From a virus (taxonomy: Duplodnaviria > Caudoviricetes): a stretch of DNA of 49,652 nt. Positions 28,465 through 39,161 of the stretch are shown here, piece after piece. The stretch is taken from positions 1 through 49,652 of IMG/VR virus record IMGVR_UViG_3300027956_000478. One strand, written 5' to 3'. Below the pieces are notes generated by a model. That model did not search any database, was not told the DNA's origin, and was given only the letters and a program-made list of their open reading frames with translations. The number at the start of each line of letters is the position of its first letter. The first letter of the stretch is position 1. A program made the translations under genes and the position numbers.

Positions 28465-29313
28465 ATGATGGTTACTAAAGACAAGATAGGTATAGGAGTT
28501 ATTACTTGTAACAGACCGGATTACCTTAAGAACTTATTGGATAGTATAAAGTATTGTAATTGGGCTGACCTTATTATTATAAACGACGGTGAGAAGTTAG
28601 AACTACCAGGTTACAATTACTACATTCATACTAACGAAACTAATTTAGGTGTAGGTAAATCCAAGAATAAAGCTATGCAACACCTTTTAGATAAAGGTTG
28701 CGATTATATTTTTATTATAGAAGATGATACAATTATTTTAGATGATAGTGTATTTCATAAATATATAGAAACTAGTAAGAAAACAGGTATACAACATTTT
28801 AACTTTGGACCTGGAACACCATTTAATAGAAAGCAGGAAATAGTAAACTACGATCTTCATAATAGACATCTCTTAGATAATGAATCTAAACCTAACCCTA
28901 AACTGACTGTCGCATATAGTAACGACATATCTATTGATCTTTATGAACACGTTGCTGGTGTCTTCAGCTTTTTTACAAAAGAGATTTTACAAAAAGTGGG
29001 GTTGAATGATGAGCGATATATCAACGCATGGGAACATGTAGATCATACCCTAAGAATAATAAAACAAAATGGACATCCTCCGTTTTGGTGGTTTGCAGAT
29101 ATACACAATAGTTCTGATTATATTATGATACCGAAAGAAGCTATTAATGATAGCTCTACGTCTAATGATAAAGAAAAATGGTTTGAAAATATAACCCAAG
29201 GCAGAGAATTATATCGTAGTATACACGGATTTTATCCTAATATGTGTCCGCATACATATAAAGAAGACGTTATCAAAAATCTTAAAGATATTAAATCTAA
29301 ATGGACGAGTTAA
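28465..29313 (+). CDS. Glycosyltransferase family 2-like
   Basis: GVITCNRPDYL, IINDG, NLGVGKSKN, FIIEDD, EHVD. Confidence 0.85.
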   Translation: MMVTKDKIGIGVITCNRPDYLKNLLDSIKYCNWADLIIINDGEKLELPGYNYYIHTNETNLGVGKSKNKAMQHLLDKGCDYIFIIEDDTIILDDSVFHKYIETSKKTGIQHFNFGPGTPFNRKQEIVNYDLHNRHLLDNESKPNPKLTVAYSNDISIDLYEHVAGVFSFFTKEILQKVGLNDERYINAWEHVDHTLRIIKQNGHPPFWWFADIHNSSDYIMIPKEAINDSSTSNDKEKWFENITQGRELYRSIHGFYPNMCPHTYKEDVIKNLKDIKSKWTS

Positions 29314-30716
29314 CTTTAATTACATGTTCATATAATACACCTGATATAACACTAACAATGTTAAAGTCGTGGATGTATGTTCATAATAGAACGCAGAGAC
29401 TTATTGTTTGTGATAATTCTACAAATAGTGATACAAAAAATTTACTATATGATCACAAGGTTCCGTATATTTCATATCCAGGCATGAGTCATGGTAACGG
29501 TGTTAATGAAGCATTGAAATTATGTAAAACAAGGTATGCTCTTCTTGTTGATACTGATGTTATATTTCTAAAAGATCATAGCTCTATCTTTCAACAATTT
29601 AAGGATATGGATCTAACTGTTATGGGTAAAGTAGAGGGTGATCGAAGTGGTAAATCTATCTATAATAGAGTTAACCCGTGGCATTGCTTTATTGACGTTG
29701 AAAAAATTAAACAACATAACATTACATTCTTCGATGAAAGGAGAATGAAAGATAGTTTTAAGACAGATAAAATATATGATATTGGATCTACCTTCTTGGA
29801 AGATATTAAGAAGCATAACCTTAAAATTGGTAATGTAGATCTTTCAGCTAGTTATTATGTACACCTAGAAGGTATGAGTTGGTATAAAAATAAGTTTGAT
29901 AGTACTAAAGAAGATACCGGTATTGACTTTGGTGGAACACATAACAACCCAGCCTATGTGAGCGCATATGAACAGAAACACATAGCTTTTCAAAACATAA
30001 AACAGCAATACGAGGATGTTAAAATCGTAGATAAATTTATATATGAAGAACCTAAACTGCTAATTAAATTTCCTACAAGGGGTAGAGTAGATAAGTTCTT
30101 TAATACACTAGATAAGTACTATGAACTACTATCTGGTAAGTGTAATGTTGAGTTTTTAATTACATGTGATATAGACGATATATCTATGAATAACTCTACA
30201 GTTAAAGATAGATTTAAAAAATATAATAATCTAGAGGTTGAATATGGTAATAGTAAGACTAAAATTGAAGCTATTAATGCTGGTGTTATGCAGCGTGATT
30301 TTCAAATTGTATTACTTGCATCAGATGATATGATACCGGTAGTTAAAGGTTATGATGCAATCATAATTGAAAGTATGTGTATAAGCTTTCCGGATTTCGA
30401 CGGTGTGGTCTGGTTTAACGACGGTGTGCAGCAGGATAGACTTAATACCCTTTGCATTTTAGGTAGAGCATATTATAATAGATTTAATTATATATATAAC
30501 CCTGAATATAAGTCACTATGGTGTGATATGGAATTTACACAAGTCGGTAATAAGTTAGGTAAACAAAAATATTTTAACCAAGTTATTATTAAGCATGATC
30601 ATCACTCTGTAACAAACCAAGGTTTTGATGAAACATATTCACAAAACGAACTATATGAAAGTGAAGATAAGCTTACCTTCATAAGGAGACAAAACACTCA
30701 ATTTAATGCAAAATAA
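29301..30716 (+). CDS. Two-domain GT-A glycosyltransferase
   Basis: Domain 1 ITCSYNT..VCDNS..LVDTDV; domain 2 KFPTRGR..LASDDM..WCDMEF. Confidence 0.8.
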   Translation: MDELTLITCSYNTPDITLTMLKSWMYVHNRTQRLIVCDNSTNSDTKNLLYDHKVPYISYPGMSHGNGVNEALKLCKTRYALLVDTDVIFLKDHSSIFQQFKDMDLTVMGKVEGDRSGKSIYNRVNPWHCFIDVEKIKQHNITFFDERRMKDSFKTDKIYDIGSTFLEDIKKHNLKIGNVDLSASYYVHLEGMSWYKNKFDSTKEDTGIDFGGTHNNPAYVSAYEQKHIAFQNIKQQYEDVKIVDKFIYEEPKLLIKFPTRGRVDKFFNTLDKYYELLSGKCNVEFLITCDIDDISMNNSTVKDRFKKYNNLEVEYGNSKTKIEAINAGVMQRDFQIVLLASDDMIPVVKGYDAIIIESMCISFPDFDGVVWFNDGVQQDRLNTLCILGRAYYNRFNYIYNPEYKSLWCDMEFTQVGNKLGKQKYFNQVIIKHDHHSVTNQGFDETYSQNELYESEDKLTFIRRQNTQFNAK

Positions 30717-31458
30717 AATACAATTTTTTATAGTCATACACAATATTAGTATTATCGATGTGTTTGAAAGGTCAGGTAAATATAGTAAACTACCTAATTA
30801 TACTTACCTTTTAGTAGGTAATACAGATAAAGACTATTCATCTGATAAAATTATTCAATGTAATAAATTAACAAATAATATCGAACAAAAGAATAATTTT
30901 CTAGCATATACAGGGTGGTATGCGTTAGTCAATAATGCTGAATTATTAGGTGATTATGAATTTACATGTCTATTAGAATATGATACAGATGTGGAAGAGT
31001 ATTTTAATTTAGACGATATTTTACTACGTTTAAATAATACAGATGTAAGTGTTTGGGGTATAACGGGTATGGAGACACACTCCGGTATTTTTGAAAAGAG
31101 CCATTTTACAACAGGTCTATTCACGTACTTTAAAGAAAAAAATATTAAAGAAATTACAACTAATAATAAAATGTGGATGACTACGAATAACATGTTTTTT
31201 AGAACAGATTTTTTAAGAGATTATATAACTGATAAATTTACAACAGACTTTTTTAATCATATAGATAATGATAAAATGTCTGGTCATTTTTTAGAGAGAT
31301 TTTTATCAATATACTGTTATTATAGAAATGTTAAATTTAATATACTAGATAATTCAGGACTTATACATCGTGGTTATGATAGTCATTCCACGCAAAATAT
31401 ATATCATAGCGATAGAGGCTATAAACAATTTAAAAATATTATTAATATTCATGACTAA
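30706..31458 (+). CDS. Putative glycosyltransferase-related protein
   Basis: Lies in the GT island; LLEYDTD and HFLERF motifs. Confidence 0.55.
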   Translation: MQNKIQFFIVIHNISIIDVFERSGKYSKLPNYTYLLVGNTDKDYSSDKIIQCNKLTNNIEQKNNFLAYTGWYALVNNAELLGDYEFTCLLEYDTDVEEYFNLDDILLRLNNTDVSVWGITGMETHSGIFEKSHFTTGLFTYFKEKNIKEITTNNKMWMTTNNMFFRTDFLRDYITDKFTTDFFNHIDNDKMSGHFLERFLSIYCYYRNVKFNILDNSGLIHRGYDSHSTQNIYHSDRGYKQFKNIINIHD

Positions 31459-32176
31459 AAAAATACTCGTATCGTTTGCTACTAATCCTAAATGGTATAG
31501 ATCACAACAACAGCTAAATAACAGTGCTAAACTAGGTGGTTTTGATGGTGTTATTAGTTACACGGATAAGGGCAGGGATTGGGAATTTGTAAAAAAATAT
31601 AGTGATATAGCATGTACAAGAGGTTATGGTTATTGGCAATGGAAGCCTATTATTATTCTAGATGCTTTAAGTAAACTTAATGATGGTGATATAGTTGGAT
31701 ATGTTGATAGTGGTAATTTAGTAATTAATAGTCTAGATTATATTTTTAATGCTTGTAGAGAACAGGATATAGTTTTATTTGATAATAGAGATGGTAACTT
31801 CCAAAAGGAAACTCATAGAAATAAGGAGTGGACAAAGCGTGATTGCTTTGTCTTGATGGATTGCGATACCGAGATATATTATAATGCACCTCAAGTAGAT
31901 GGTGCATATCAGTTTTATAAAAAGACACCTAAAACAATTGAATTTCTGAAAGAATATATGAGCTTTTGTTCTAATGATAATATAATTTCAGATTTACCAA
32001 ACATAACAAAAGACAACTTACCTGAATTCAAGGATCATAGACATGATCAGTCTATACTATCATTAATGGCTGTAAAATATAATATACAATTACTACCCGA
32101 ACCATCAGAATGGGGTAACTATTTAGAAGATAGACCATACCCTCAATTATTCCTTCACCATAGAGGTACAATATGA
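31451..32176 (+). CDS. Putative glycosyltransferase
   Basis: RGYGYWQWKP, YVDSG, HRHDQSILS; start taken at MTKK. Confidence 0.7.
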   Translation: MTKKILVSFATNPKWYRSQQQLNNSAKLGGFDGVISYTDKGRDWEFVKKYSDIACTRGYGYWQWKPIIILDALSKLNDGDIVGYVDSGNLVINSLDYIFNACREQDIVLFDNRDGNFQKETHRNKEWTKRDCFVLMDCDTEIYYNAPQVDGAYQFYKKTPKTIEFLKEYMSFCSNDNIISDLPNITKDNLPEFKDHRHDQSILSLMAVKYNIQLLPEPSEWGNYLEDRPYPQLFLHHRGTI

Positions 32177-33018
32177 AATTTTTAATTATACAAGAAAACG
32201 GTCGTCACGAGAATAGTAAACATCTTAGAGAGTGTAATAGTATGCAGCGCGCTTTACGTAATAATAATGTAGAGTGTGATGTTTGGGGACTTGGACATGA
32301 TAACTATAGTACTATACCTGACTATAATAGTTACGATGTAATTATTAATCTCGAAAATTATGATACAGGTTGGATGCCAAGTTTATCGCATATTATAAAA
32401 CCTTTAAAGTTTTTATGGGCTATAGATAGCCATGTTAGAGGTTATGATTACTATAAAGATGTATTTAAAGAGGGTAAATACAATCACATTCTACAAGCGA
32501 CTAAGTATTATTTAGATAAAGATAGTCTTTGGTTTCCAAATTGTTATGATGATGAGTTTATAAAACCTACAGATGTTGAAAAGAAATATTTTGTAGGTTT
32601 TTGCGGAAACTTTGTTAATCGTAAACCTTACTTTGATTATATAGGTTCACGTACTCCATTTAAGTTAGATATTGATGTGAGGGGTATTGATATGGTTAAT
32701 GCTATAAATTCGTATCATATACAATTTAATATGAATATTGCGAATGATATTAATTATAGAAGCTTTGAAACAATGGGATGTGGTACAGCTCTATTAACAA
32801 ATTATAACCCGCAGTATGATGAATTAGGGTTTAAAGAAAATAATAATGTCTTTTACTATAGAACTGTGCAAGAAGCTATTGAAATTATCGAGTATCTTAA
32901 AACAGATAAAGAAAAAATTGAACAGGTTGCTAGGTGTGGTTACGAGTTTGCTTCGTCGAAGCACACTTTTAATAAAAGAGCGAGTAGCTTGTTGAAATTT
33001 ATAAACACTATAATATAA
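32173..33018 (+). CDS. GT-B glycosyltransferase (CgeB-like)
   Basis: FCGN, INYRSFETMGCGTALLT, HTFNKRA. Confidence 0.8.
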   Translation: MKFLIIQENGRHENSKHLRECNSMQRALRNNNVECDVWGLGHDNYSTIPDYNSYDVIINLENYDTGWMPSLSHIIKPLKFLWAIDSHVRGYDYYKDVFKEGKYNHILQATKYYLDKDSLWFPNCYDDEFIKPTDVEKKYFVGFCGNFVNRKPYFDYIGSRTPFKLDIDVRGIDMVNAINSYHIQFNMNIANDINYRSFETMGCGTALLTNYNPQYDELGFKENNNVFYYRTVQEAIEIIEYLKTDKEKIEQVARCGYEFASSKHTFNKRASSLLKFINTII

Positions 33019-33054
33019 TAATATATTAAAATTAATATCGATTACAATAAAAAT

Positions 33055-33588
33055 ATGATTCATAGTAAAACAAGAACAGAATTATTAAGTTTAATTCCGA
33101 AAAAATGTAAATTTTTAGAACTAGGTGTATTTAGAGGCGAATTCGCTAAAGAAATACTACAAGTAGTTAGTCCTTGTGAATTATACTTAGTTGATATTTG
33201 GATGGGTGAGATGGGATCTGGTGATAAGGATGGAACAAATTATGTAAAAATAAATGATATGCAATCTGTTTATATTGGATTGCTTCATCAGGTAAAAAAT
33301 AAATCAAATATTCACTTAATTAGATGTGAGTCTGTACCGTTCTTACAATCCTGTGAAGAAAATTATTTCGATGCAATATACGTAGATGCAGATCATTCAG
33401 AAACTGCTGTATATAATGATATGGTTAATTCGTTAAGAGTTATTAAGCAAGGTGGTATGCTTATGGGACATGACTACCACCACCAGATTAAAACAGCTGT
33501 TGATAGATTCTGTTCCGATTATAATCAAACAATTATTGATATAACAGATGATGGTTGCCCAAGCTTTGTAATTAAAGTTAAAAAATGA
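33055..33588 (+). CDS. Class I SAM-dependent methyltransferase
   Basis: LELGVFRG, FDAIYVDADH, GGMLMGHDY. Confidence 0.85.
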   Translation: MIHSKTRTELLSLIPKKCKFLELGVFRGEFAKEILQVVSPCELYLVDIWMGEMGSGDKDGTNYVKINDMQSVYIGLLHQVKNKSNIHLIRCESVPFLQSCEENYFDAIYVDADHSETAVYNDMVNSLRVIKQGGMLMGHDYHHQIKTAVDRFCSDYNQTIIDITDDGCPSFVIKVKK

Positions 33589-34532
33589 AAATAGTAGCAT
33601 TCCATTCTAATGAATTAAACGTCAGAGGTACTAACGTTGCGATGTACGATTATGCTGTATATAATGAGAGTATATTAGGTAATAAATCGTATATTATTTC
33701 TAATGCTAATGCAGATCTATCTGCATTAGATAAATTTAAAAATAGATTTGAGGTCTTTTTATATGATAAATTTGAAGATAGCTATGCTTTTGCGGTTGAG
33801 AAGGACATAGAATATGTATACTATGTTAAAGCAGGTGATAGAGACGGTAGAGAAATACCTAATACTAAATCTTTAATACATGCTGTTTTTCAACACAGAG
33901 ATGAACATGGAGATGCGTATGCATATATCTCAGAGTGGTTAGCACGGCGAATGAACATGCCTGAAAACTATATACCGTATATGGTTGACATGCCTATCGC
34001 TAAGAAAAATTATAGAGCTAAACTTGGTATACCTGATGATGCTATTATTATAGGTAGACATGGTGGGTATATGGAATTCGATCTACCGTTTGTATATAAT
34101 TCTATATACAATGCTCTTACCGTAAGAAATGACATATACTTTTTGTTTATGAACACAAAAGCTTTCGGTAGAAAGCATAAAAATATTATTCATATTCAAG
34201 GCACTTATGATATGCAGCATAAATCGGATTTTATTAATACTTGTGATTATATGATACACGGTCGTAATATGGGTGAAAGTTTTGGTTTAGCTATTGGTGA
34301 ATTCTTATATCATGATAAGCCTGTTATTAGTTGGAGTGGTGGTAATGATAGAAACCATGTTGAGATGATGAGTGATAAAGGTATTTGGTATAGTAGCGAA
34401 ATGGATTTAACGTCGTTATTATCTACCATCAGTACAAATAACAATCCGAAAGGCTACTATAAGTCTATAGTTCAAAAATTCGCACCTGAAGCTGTTATGA
34501 ATCAATTTAATAAAATCTTCTTAAGTATATGA
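33585..34532 (+). CDS. GT-B glycosyltransferase
   Basis: RGTNVAMYDYA, GRHGG, GESFGLAIGEF. Confidence 0.8.
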   Translation: MKIVAFHSNELNVRGTNVAMYDYAVYNESILGNKSYIISNANADLSALDKFKNRFEVFLYDKFEDSYAFAVEKDIEYVYYVKAGDRDGREIPNTKSLIHAVFQHRDEHGDAYAYISEWLARRMNMPENYIPYMVDMPIAKKNYRAKLGIPDDAIIIGRHGGYMEFDLPFVYNSIYNALTVRNDIYFLFMNTKAFGRKHKNIIHIQGTYDMQHKSDFINTCDYMIHGRNMGESFGLAIGEFLYHDKPVISWSGGNDRNHVEMMSDKGIWYSSEMDLTSLLSTISTNNNPKGYYKSIVQKFAPEAVMNQFNKIFLSI

Positions 34533-35290
34533 GTAGAGTAGATTTTTTTCTCGTTACATATGATAGACTCTATGATAAGGTTGTAGATAAGCTCTCTACA
34601 GAGGAGCTAGAACACGTTACATGTTATAATATTCAAAAGAAGGTAGATAAAAATATATCAACATTAATTCAGAAGCAAATTAATGAGTGGGAGCTACCAT
34701 GGAATGATTATAGCTATCAAACAAAACAGTTCTACGAATACAGTACAATTGTACATCTATATAAAAATCAACATTTACTAGAGCATACAACACATGTTGG
34801 ATTGCTACATTATGATGTAATATATAACACTAACTCTATCAATGAGATTCACGACGAGCTAGAAAAAAACCAAAATGTTATTTTCTACCAAAAAATAAGA
34901 CCAAGCGAGCAATTATCACTATCTTTGTTTGAAGTAACAAAGCTTTGCGAATTTATGAGTGAGCGAATTGGTGTATATATTGACCCTAATATTGCTTGGA
35001 ATAACGGATGGATCAGCGAATCACTTAGTGTTACACCTAAAGATATTTTTCTAAAGTTCGGTGAATTTTTATTATATAACGGTGATCAAATTGAATCAAT
35101 TTTAAAAAATAACATATGGGGCATTATGAATCATTGTCCTCATAGAATATGTGGTATAGTCGAGCGTATGTGGGGATTCTACCTTGTAAGTCAAGGTTTA
35201 CCACTTAAACAACTAAACGTAATACATGATTGGAACTCATACCAACATCGACATATGGCAATGAACGGTACAGGAACAGCAACAATATAA
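34529..35290 (+). CDS. Putative glycosyltransferase-related protein
   Basis: Lies in the GT island; VGLLHYD and GIVERMWG motifs. Confidence 0.55.
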   Translation: MSRVDFFLVTYDRLYDKVVDKLSTEELEHVTCYNIQKKVDKNISTLIQKQINEWELPWNDYSYQTKQFYEYSTIVHLYKNQHLLEHTTHVGLLHYDVIYNTNSINEIHDELEKNQNVIFYQKIRPSEQLSLSLFEVTKLCEFMSERIGVYIDPNIAWNNGWISESLSVTPKDIFLKFGEFLLYNGDQIESILKNNIWGIMNHCPHRICGIVERMWGFYLVSQGLPLKQLNVIHDWNSYQHRHMAMNGTGTATI

Positions 35291-35293
35291 TTT

Positions 35294-35851
35294 ATGAACG
35301 AACAACTACAACAAATAATTAATGTAACTAAAGAAGAGCTTGATAAGCTCGATACCTCAAATATTGATAATTTACAGATAGAAAATTTTCCTTGTTATCA
35401 TGGTGCAAGCGGAAGAGAGCATTATAGGCTATTAATCTTTATATCGCATATCTTTAATAATAAAATTCTCTTTGATATTGGTACAAATCAATGTAGATCA
35501 GCTATAGCATTATCCGTTAATAAAAACAATCAGATCAAGTCTTACGACTTAATTCAAATATTACCTACAAACCCTATTATAGATAATGTACAATTTATAT
35601 TAGGAAATACAACAGATGATAAAGATTTATATAATTGCCCTTTCATCTTTCTCGATGTGGATCATGATGGTACCTATGAAAATATTTTCTATAATTTCTT
35701 AAAGGAAATAAAGTGGAGAGGTATATTAATGTTAGACGATATACATTTAAACGAGGCTATGCAGGTATTCTGGAAGAGTATATCTGAAGAAAAGTACGAT
35801 TTAACATCCAAAGGTCATTGGAGCGGTACAGGTTTGGTTATATTTAAATGA
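35294..35851 (+). CDS. Methyltransferase-like protein
   Basis: FDIGT, IFLDVDH, MLDDI, GHWSGTG. Confidence 0.7.
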   Translation: MNEQLQQIINVTKEELDKLDTSNIDNLQIENFPCYHGASGREHYRLLIFISHIFNNKILFDIGTNQCRSAIALSVNKNNQIKSYDLIQILPTNPIIDNVQFILGNTTDDKDLYNCPFIFLDVDHDGTYENIFYNFLKEIKWRGILMLDDIHLNEAMQVFWKSISEEKYDLTSKGHWSGTGLVIFK

Positions 35852-36648
35852 ACAATGTTTTGAATATTAATAGTATTCTCAATGCTGCTAATTATGAGCA
35901 GTGTTGTGATTTTGTTTTTTCACCTGTTGAAGGTAAATATGTAACAAAAGAGTTTTTTGAGCGCAATGGTACTATTTTTTGTAAGACAGATTTTATAATT
36001 CAGTTATTTAATAGTATTAAAGATTCATGTCGTCATTATAACATAGTAACTCATCATTCCGATTACCCGATAGACGAGCAGTTATTTAATAGGAGACCGG
36101 GGTGTATTAGCAAGTGGTATGCTATAAATCCATCCTATAATCATCCTGACTTAATTGCAATTCCTTTAGGACTTAAAACACATAAAGGATGCTATTTTGA
36201 ACCTCAATATATGACGGAGTGGTTTGCGTATAATATTCAGAGACTTAGAGATAAAAAGAAGGAAAAAAATATTTACTGTAATTGGAATATTACTAATTTA
36301 GAACGTAATAATATAGCTAATAATCTCGTATCAAACAACCTTAATATAACATATGATACAAACATACCTTTTAATGAATACATTGAAAGAATGTCGCAAC
36401 ATAAATTTGTTATATCACCACCCGGTAATGGAATAGATTGTCATAGAACTTGGGAGGCTTTATATGTTGGTTGTATACCGATTGTAATTAAGAATGACAT
36501 ATATAATGGTTGGTATGATCTACCTATATTACAAGTCAGTAGCTATAGTGATGTTACTCAAGAAATACTAAATAATTTCTTGAGTAAAGAATATAGTAGT
36601 AATAAACTACATATTGAATACTGGGAAGATCTGATTAATTATTCTTAA
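35848..36648 (+). CDS. Exostosin/GT47-like glycosyltransferase
   Basis: FVISPPGNGIDCHRTWEALYVGCIPIV. Confidence 0.8.
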   Translation: MNNVLNINSILNAANYEQCCDFVFSPVEGKYVTKEFFERNGTIFCKTDFIIQLFNSIKDSCRHYNIVTHHSDYPIDEQLFNRRPGCISKWYAINPSYNHPDLIAIPLGLKTHKGCYFEPQYMTEWFAYNIQRLRDKKKEKNIYCNWNITNLERNNIANNLVSNNLNITYDTNIPFNEYIERMSQHKFVISPPGNGIDCHRTWEALYVGCIPIVIKNDIYNGWYDLPILQVSSYSDVTQEILNNFLSKEYSSNKLHIEYWEDLINYS

Positions 36649-37736
36649 TGAGCAAAAAGCTTAAAGTTCTTGTAGTAGGTAATTGTTGCTTACAACATTT
36701 CCCTTTATTAGATTACGGTGGTATTGAATCAAGCGTTGAGCATTTATGTACAGGTATACACCATCATTTTAAGGAAAAAATAGATTTTTGTGTTATTGTA
36801 CCGAAGATTCTTGAAAATAGAGAATATACTAGCACATATGGATTTAAAATTATTGAAGCAAACTATATAGGTTGTACTATTTCAAATATACATCCCTTAT
36901 ATTTTGCACAGGAGGTTAGGCAAATTGTTCAATCTTCAGAGCAAAAGCCTGACGTTATATGGTGTAATGGTGATTGGTCTGCAAAGGTACTATATGATTT
37001 AAATATACCTATTATATGCACTATTAGTGATAGTGGTCCGTGGATTGAAGGTAAATATATATACCAACCTACGGTTTATTATAGATTTATTTCCAAGTTT
37101 TTATACGACCTTGTTTTACAGGATGAAGAAACAAACGATTTAGTACGTAATGTAAAGAAAAATAGTTTCTGGTGCTATACAGGATTAGATGATAGTGAAT
37201 TTATCTTAGATGAGAATAAAGAAGATTATCTACTATGGGTCGCAGGTCTTGGTTGGGGTTTAGAAGGAAAAGGTTTAGACGTATTTATTGAACTAGCTAG
37301 AAGGCTGCCTGAAGAAAACTTTGTTGCATACGGTACTGGTGATTCAAATCTCGAGAATTATCTGTACAATATCTCAAAGGAATTACCCAATTTTAATTTT
37401 AGAGGTAAATTAAGTCGAGGAGATGATCATGTAAATGCTTTTAAAAAAGCTAAATTATTTTTCATGATGACAAAAACACAAGAAGCTCTCGGTAGAACGA
37501 ATATAGAAGCTCTTTCAAAAGGTACGCCTGTTATTGGGTCAACATGCGGCGCTGTACCAGAATTAATTAATTACGAAAACGTAGGATTTGCCTCAGATAA
37601 TATTGATGATATTATTGATGTTATACGTAATAAAAAATTCAATTACCGTAAATGCTTTGAATTTGCTAAAACAAACTACCATGTTAAAACGGAGATTGAA
37701 AGTCTCCTAGAATTTACAAAACAAATAGTACATTAA
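36648..37736 (+). CDS. GT4-like glycosyltransferase
   Basis: YGGIE, KGLD, EALGRTNIEALSKGTPVI...GAVPEL. Confidence 0.85.
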   Translation: MSKKLKVLVVGNCCLQHFPLLDYGGIESSVEHLCTGIHHHFKEKIDFCVIVPKILENREYTSTYGFKIIEANYIGCTISNIHPLYFAQEVRQIVQSSEQKPDVIWCNGDWSAKVLYDLNIPIICTISDSGPWIEGKYIYQPTVYYRFISKFLYDLVLQDEETNDLVRNVKKNSFWCYTGLDDSEFILDENKEDYLLWVAGLGWGLEGKGLDVFIELARRLPEENFVAYGTGDSNLENYLYNISKELPNFNFRGKLSRGDDHVNAFKKAKLFFMMTKTQEALGRTNIEALSKGTPVIGSTCGAVPELINYENVGFASDNIDDIIDVIRNKKFNYRKCFEFAKTNYHVKTEIESLLEFTKQIVH

Positions 37737-37778
37737 AATATACGTTGAATTAATCTATTTATACATTATTATATTGTT

Positions 37779-38360
37779 ATGATTGCTCAACAACATATAT
37801 ATGACGGTTCACTAATTCACTCCCGCTTTGCATACCGCTTCTTTAATAAAGAAGTATCTCCTTATGGTAATATTGTAGCTTTTAGAGCTCCTATGTTTGT
37901 AAGTGACAACTTGATTGATCTTGAGGATTCCTTAACTAAGGACTATATTTTCAGCGATGACGCTATTAACTTCTGCTGGGAGATTCCAAACCTCTGCCCG
38001 ATTGGTGCTGTAGCTTTCCAACGACTACTTAATACTGCAATTGCAAATATTCTATCTCGATTAATTCAAAAACCTATTCAAATGAAAGGTGACGATCTCA
38101 TGGTTCATGATACATTCCTTGGATCTGATAAGACTGAACGTAAGGTCGGTAAGGTAAGTGTTTCTATTACTTACTCGAAGGATAATGTTGCAATTGGTCA
38201 TACTGGCATTAACGTTAAAGCAGGTGCTAAAGCTCCTGGTTTTGCGTATAGTTCTAACCTAAGCGATGAAGATGTAAATGTCTTTATCGAGACTGTTGTT
38301 GATTACTTTAATAAAGAAGTTAAAGATATTCAAATCTCAACTAGTAAAATTATTGTATGA
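37779..38360 (+). CDS. DUF366-like protein (lipoate/biotin-ligase-like fold)
   Basis: YDGS.I...FAY, LIDLED, FQRL, GDDL, KVSVSI, HTGINV; TTGAAT-N16-TATTAT-N6-ATG promoter. Confidence 0.7.
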   Translation: MIAQQHIYDGSLIHSRFAYRFFNKEVSPYGNIVAFRAPMFVSDNLIDLEDSLTKDYIFSDDAINFCWEIPNLCPIGAVAFQRLLNTAIANILSRLIQKPIQMKGDDLMVHDTFLGSDKTERKVGKVSVSITYSKDNVAIGHTGINVKAGAKAPGFAYSSNLSDEDVNVFIETVVDYFNKEVKDIQISTSKIIV

Positions 38361-38734
38361 ACTTCTTCGACTTACTAAGAAAGTTACTTTTTAGTAAGAA
38401 GACTGTTGCTGAAGATCTTGATAATGAAGGTCTTCAGCAATTTACACCTTATATGGTAAATAGGTGGTTATCTTTTTATGGTACTAATCAAGCAGTGTTT
38501 GTCAATGAAACCTTAAACCGTTTTACAGGCCTACACGATGATAAAAATGAGATGTATAAGTTATATTATAACTTAATACCAACTTGTAAGTATAAGAAGA
38601 TCTCTTATGTAAAGAAAAAGAAAGAGAAAGAAGAAAAGGAAGATACAAATATTCCTATTATAGCACGTAATCAAATGATATCACAACGCGAGGTAAGTAT
38701 ATACCTTGACTTTATTAAAACAGTACATAATTAA
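38357..38734 (+). CDS. gp62: Clamp loader small subunit, gp62-like
   Basis: FTPYMVNRWLS...VNE.LN...IP..K.KK pattern. Confidence 0.65.
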   Translation: MNFFDLLRKLLFSKKTVAEDLDNEGLQQFTPYMVNRWLSFYGTNQAVFVNETLNRFTGLHDDKNEMYKLYYNLIPTCKYKKISYVKKKKEKEEKEDTNIPIIARNQMISQREVSIYLDFIKTVHN

Positions 38735-38738
38735 CTAC

Positions 38739-39161
38739 ATGGCATCAAGAAGCATTGACACTCTAGCACCTATGGCAAGTCTTATTGACTTATCTTCACA
38801 TTCAGATGGTGATTTTGGTCTAGAAGATTTAGAATTAACATTTATTTTAGACGATATTATTCTTGTTGAATATATCGATTTAACTGCTGACGGTGATGGA
38901 ATTATACGTAACGGTATCTACATACCGACAAACACCATCACAAAAGCTTGGAGAAAAGCTAGAGTAATTCTTGCTGGACCAGAGGTAAAATATACCAAAG
39001 TTGGAGATATTGTTTTATTTCCGAGTAACTTAGGTATTACTGTAGCGAACGTAGCTGTCAAAGGACACGGTAATATTAGTAATGGTGTATTCTTAAACGA
39101 GAATAGAATTTTTGGAATTTGCAAAGTAAAAGAAGATGATAGTATCGCAGCAAACGCTTGA
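38739..39161 (+). CDS. groES: GroES-like co-chaperonin
   Basis: DDIILVE...GIYIP...ARVILAGPEVKYTKVGDIVLF...LNENRIFG; start taken at MASRS. Confidence 0.7.
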   Translation: MASRSIDTLAPMASLIDLSSHSDGDFGLEDLELTFILDDIILVEYIDLTADGDGIIRNGIYIPTNTITKAWRKARVILAGPEVKYTKVGDIVLFPSNLGITVANVAVKGHGNISNGVFLNENRIFGICKVKEDDSIAANA

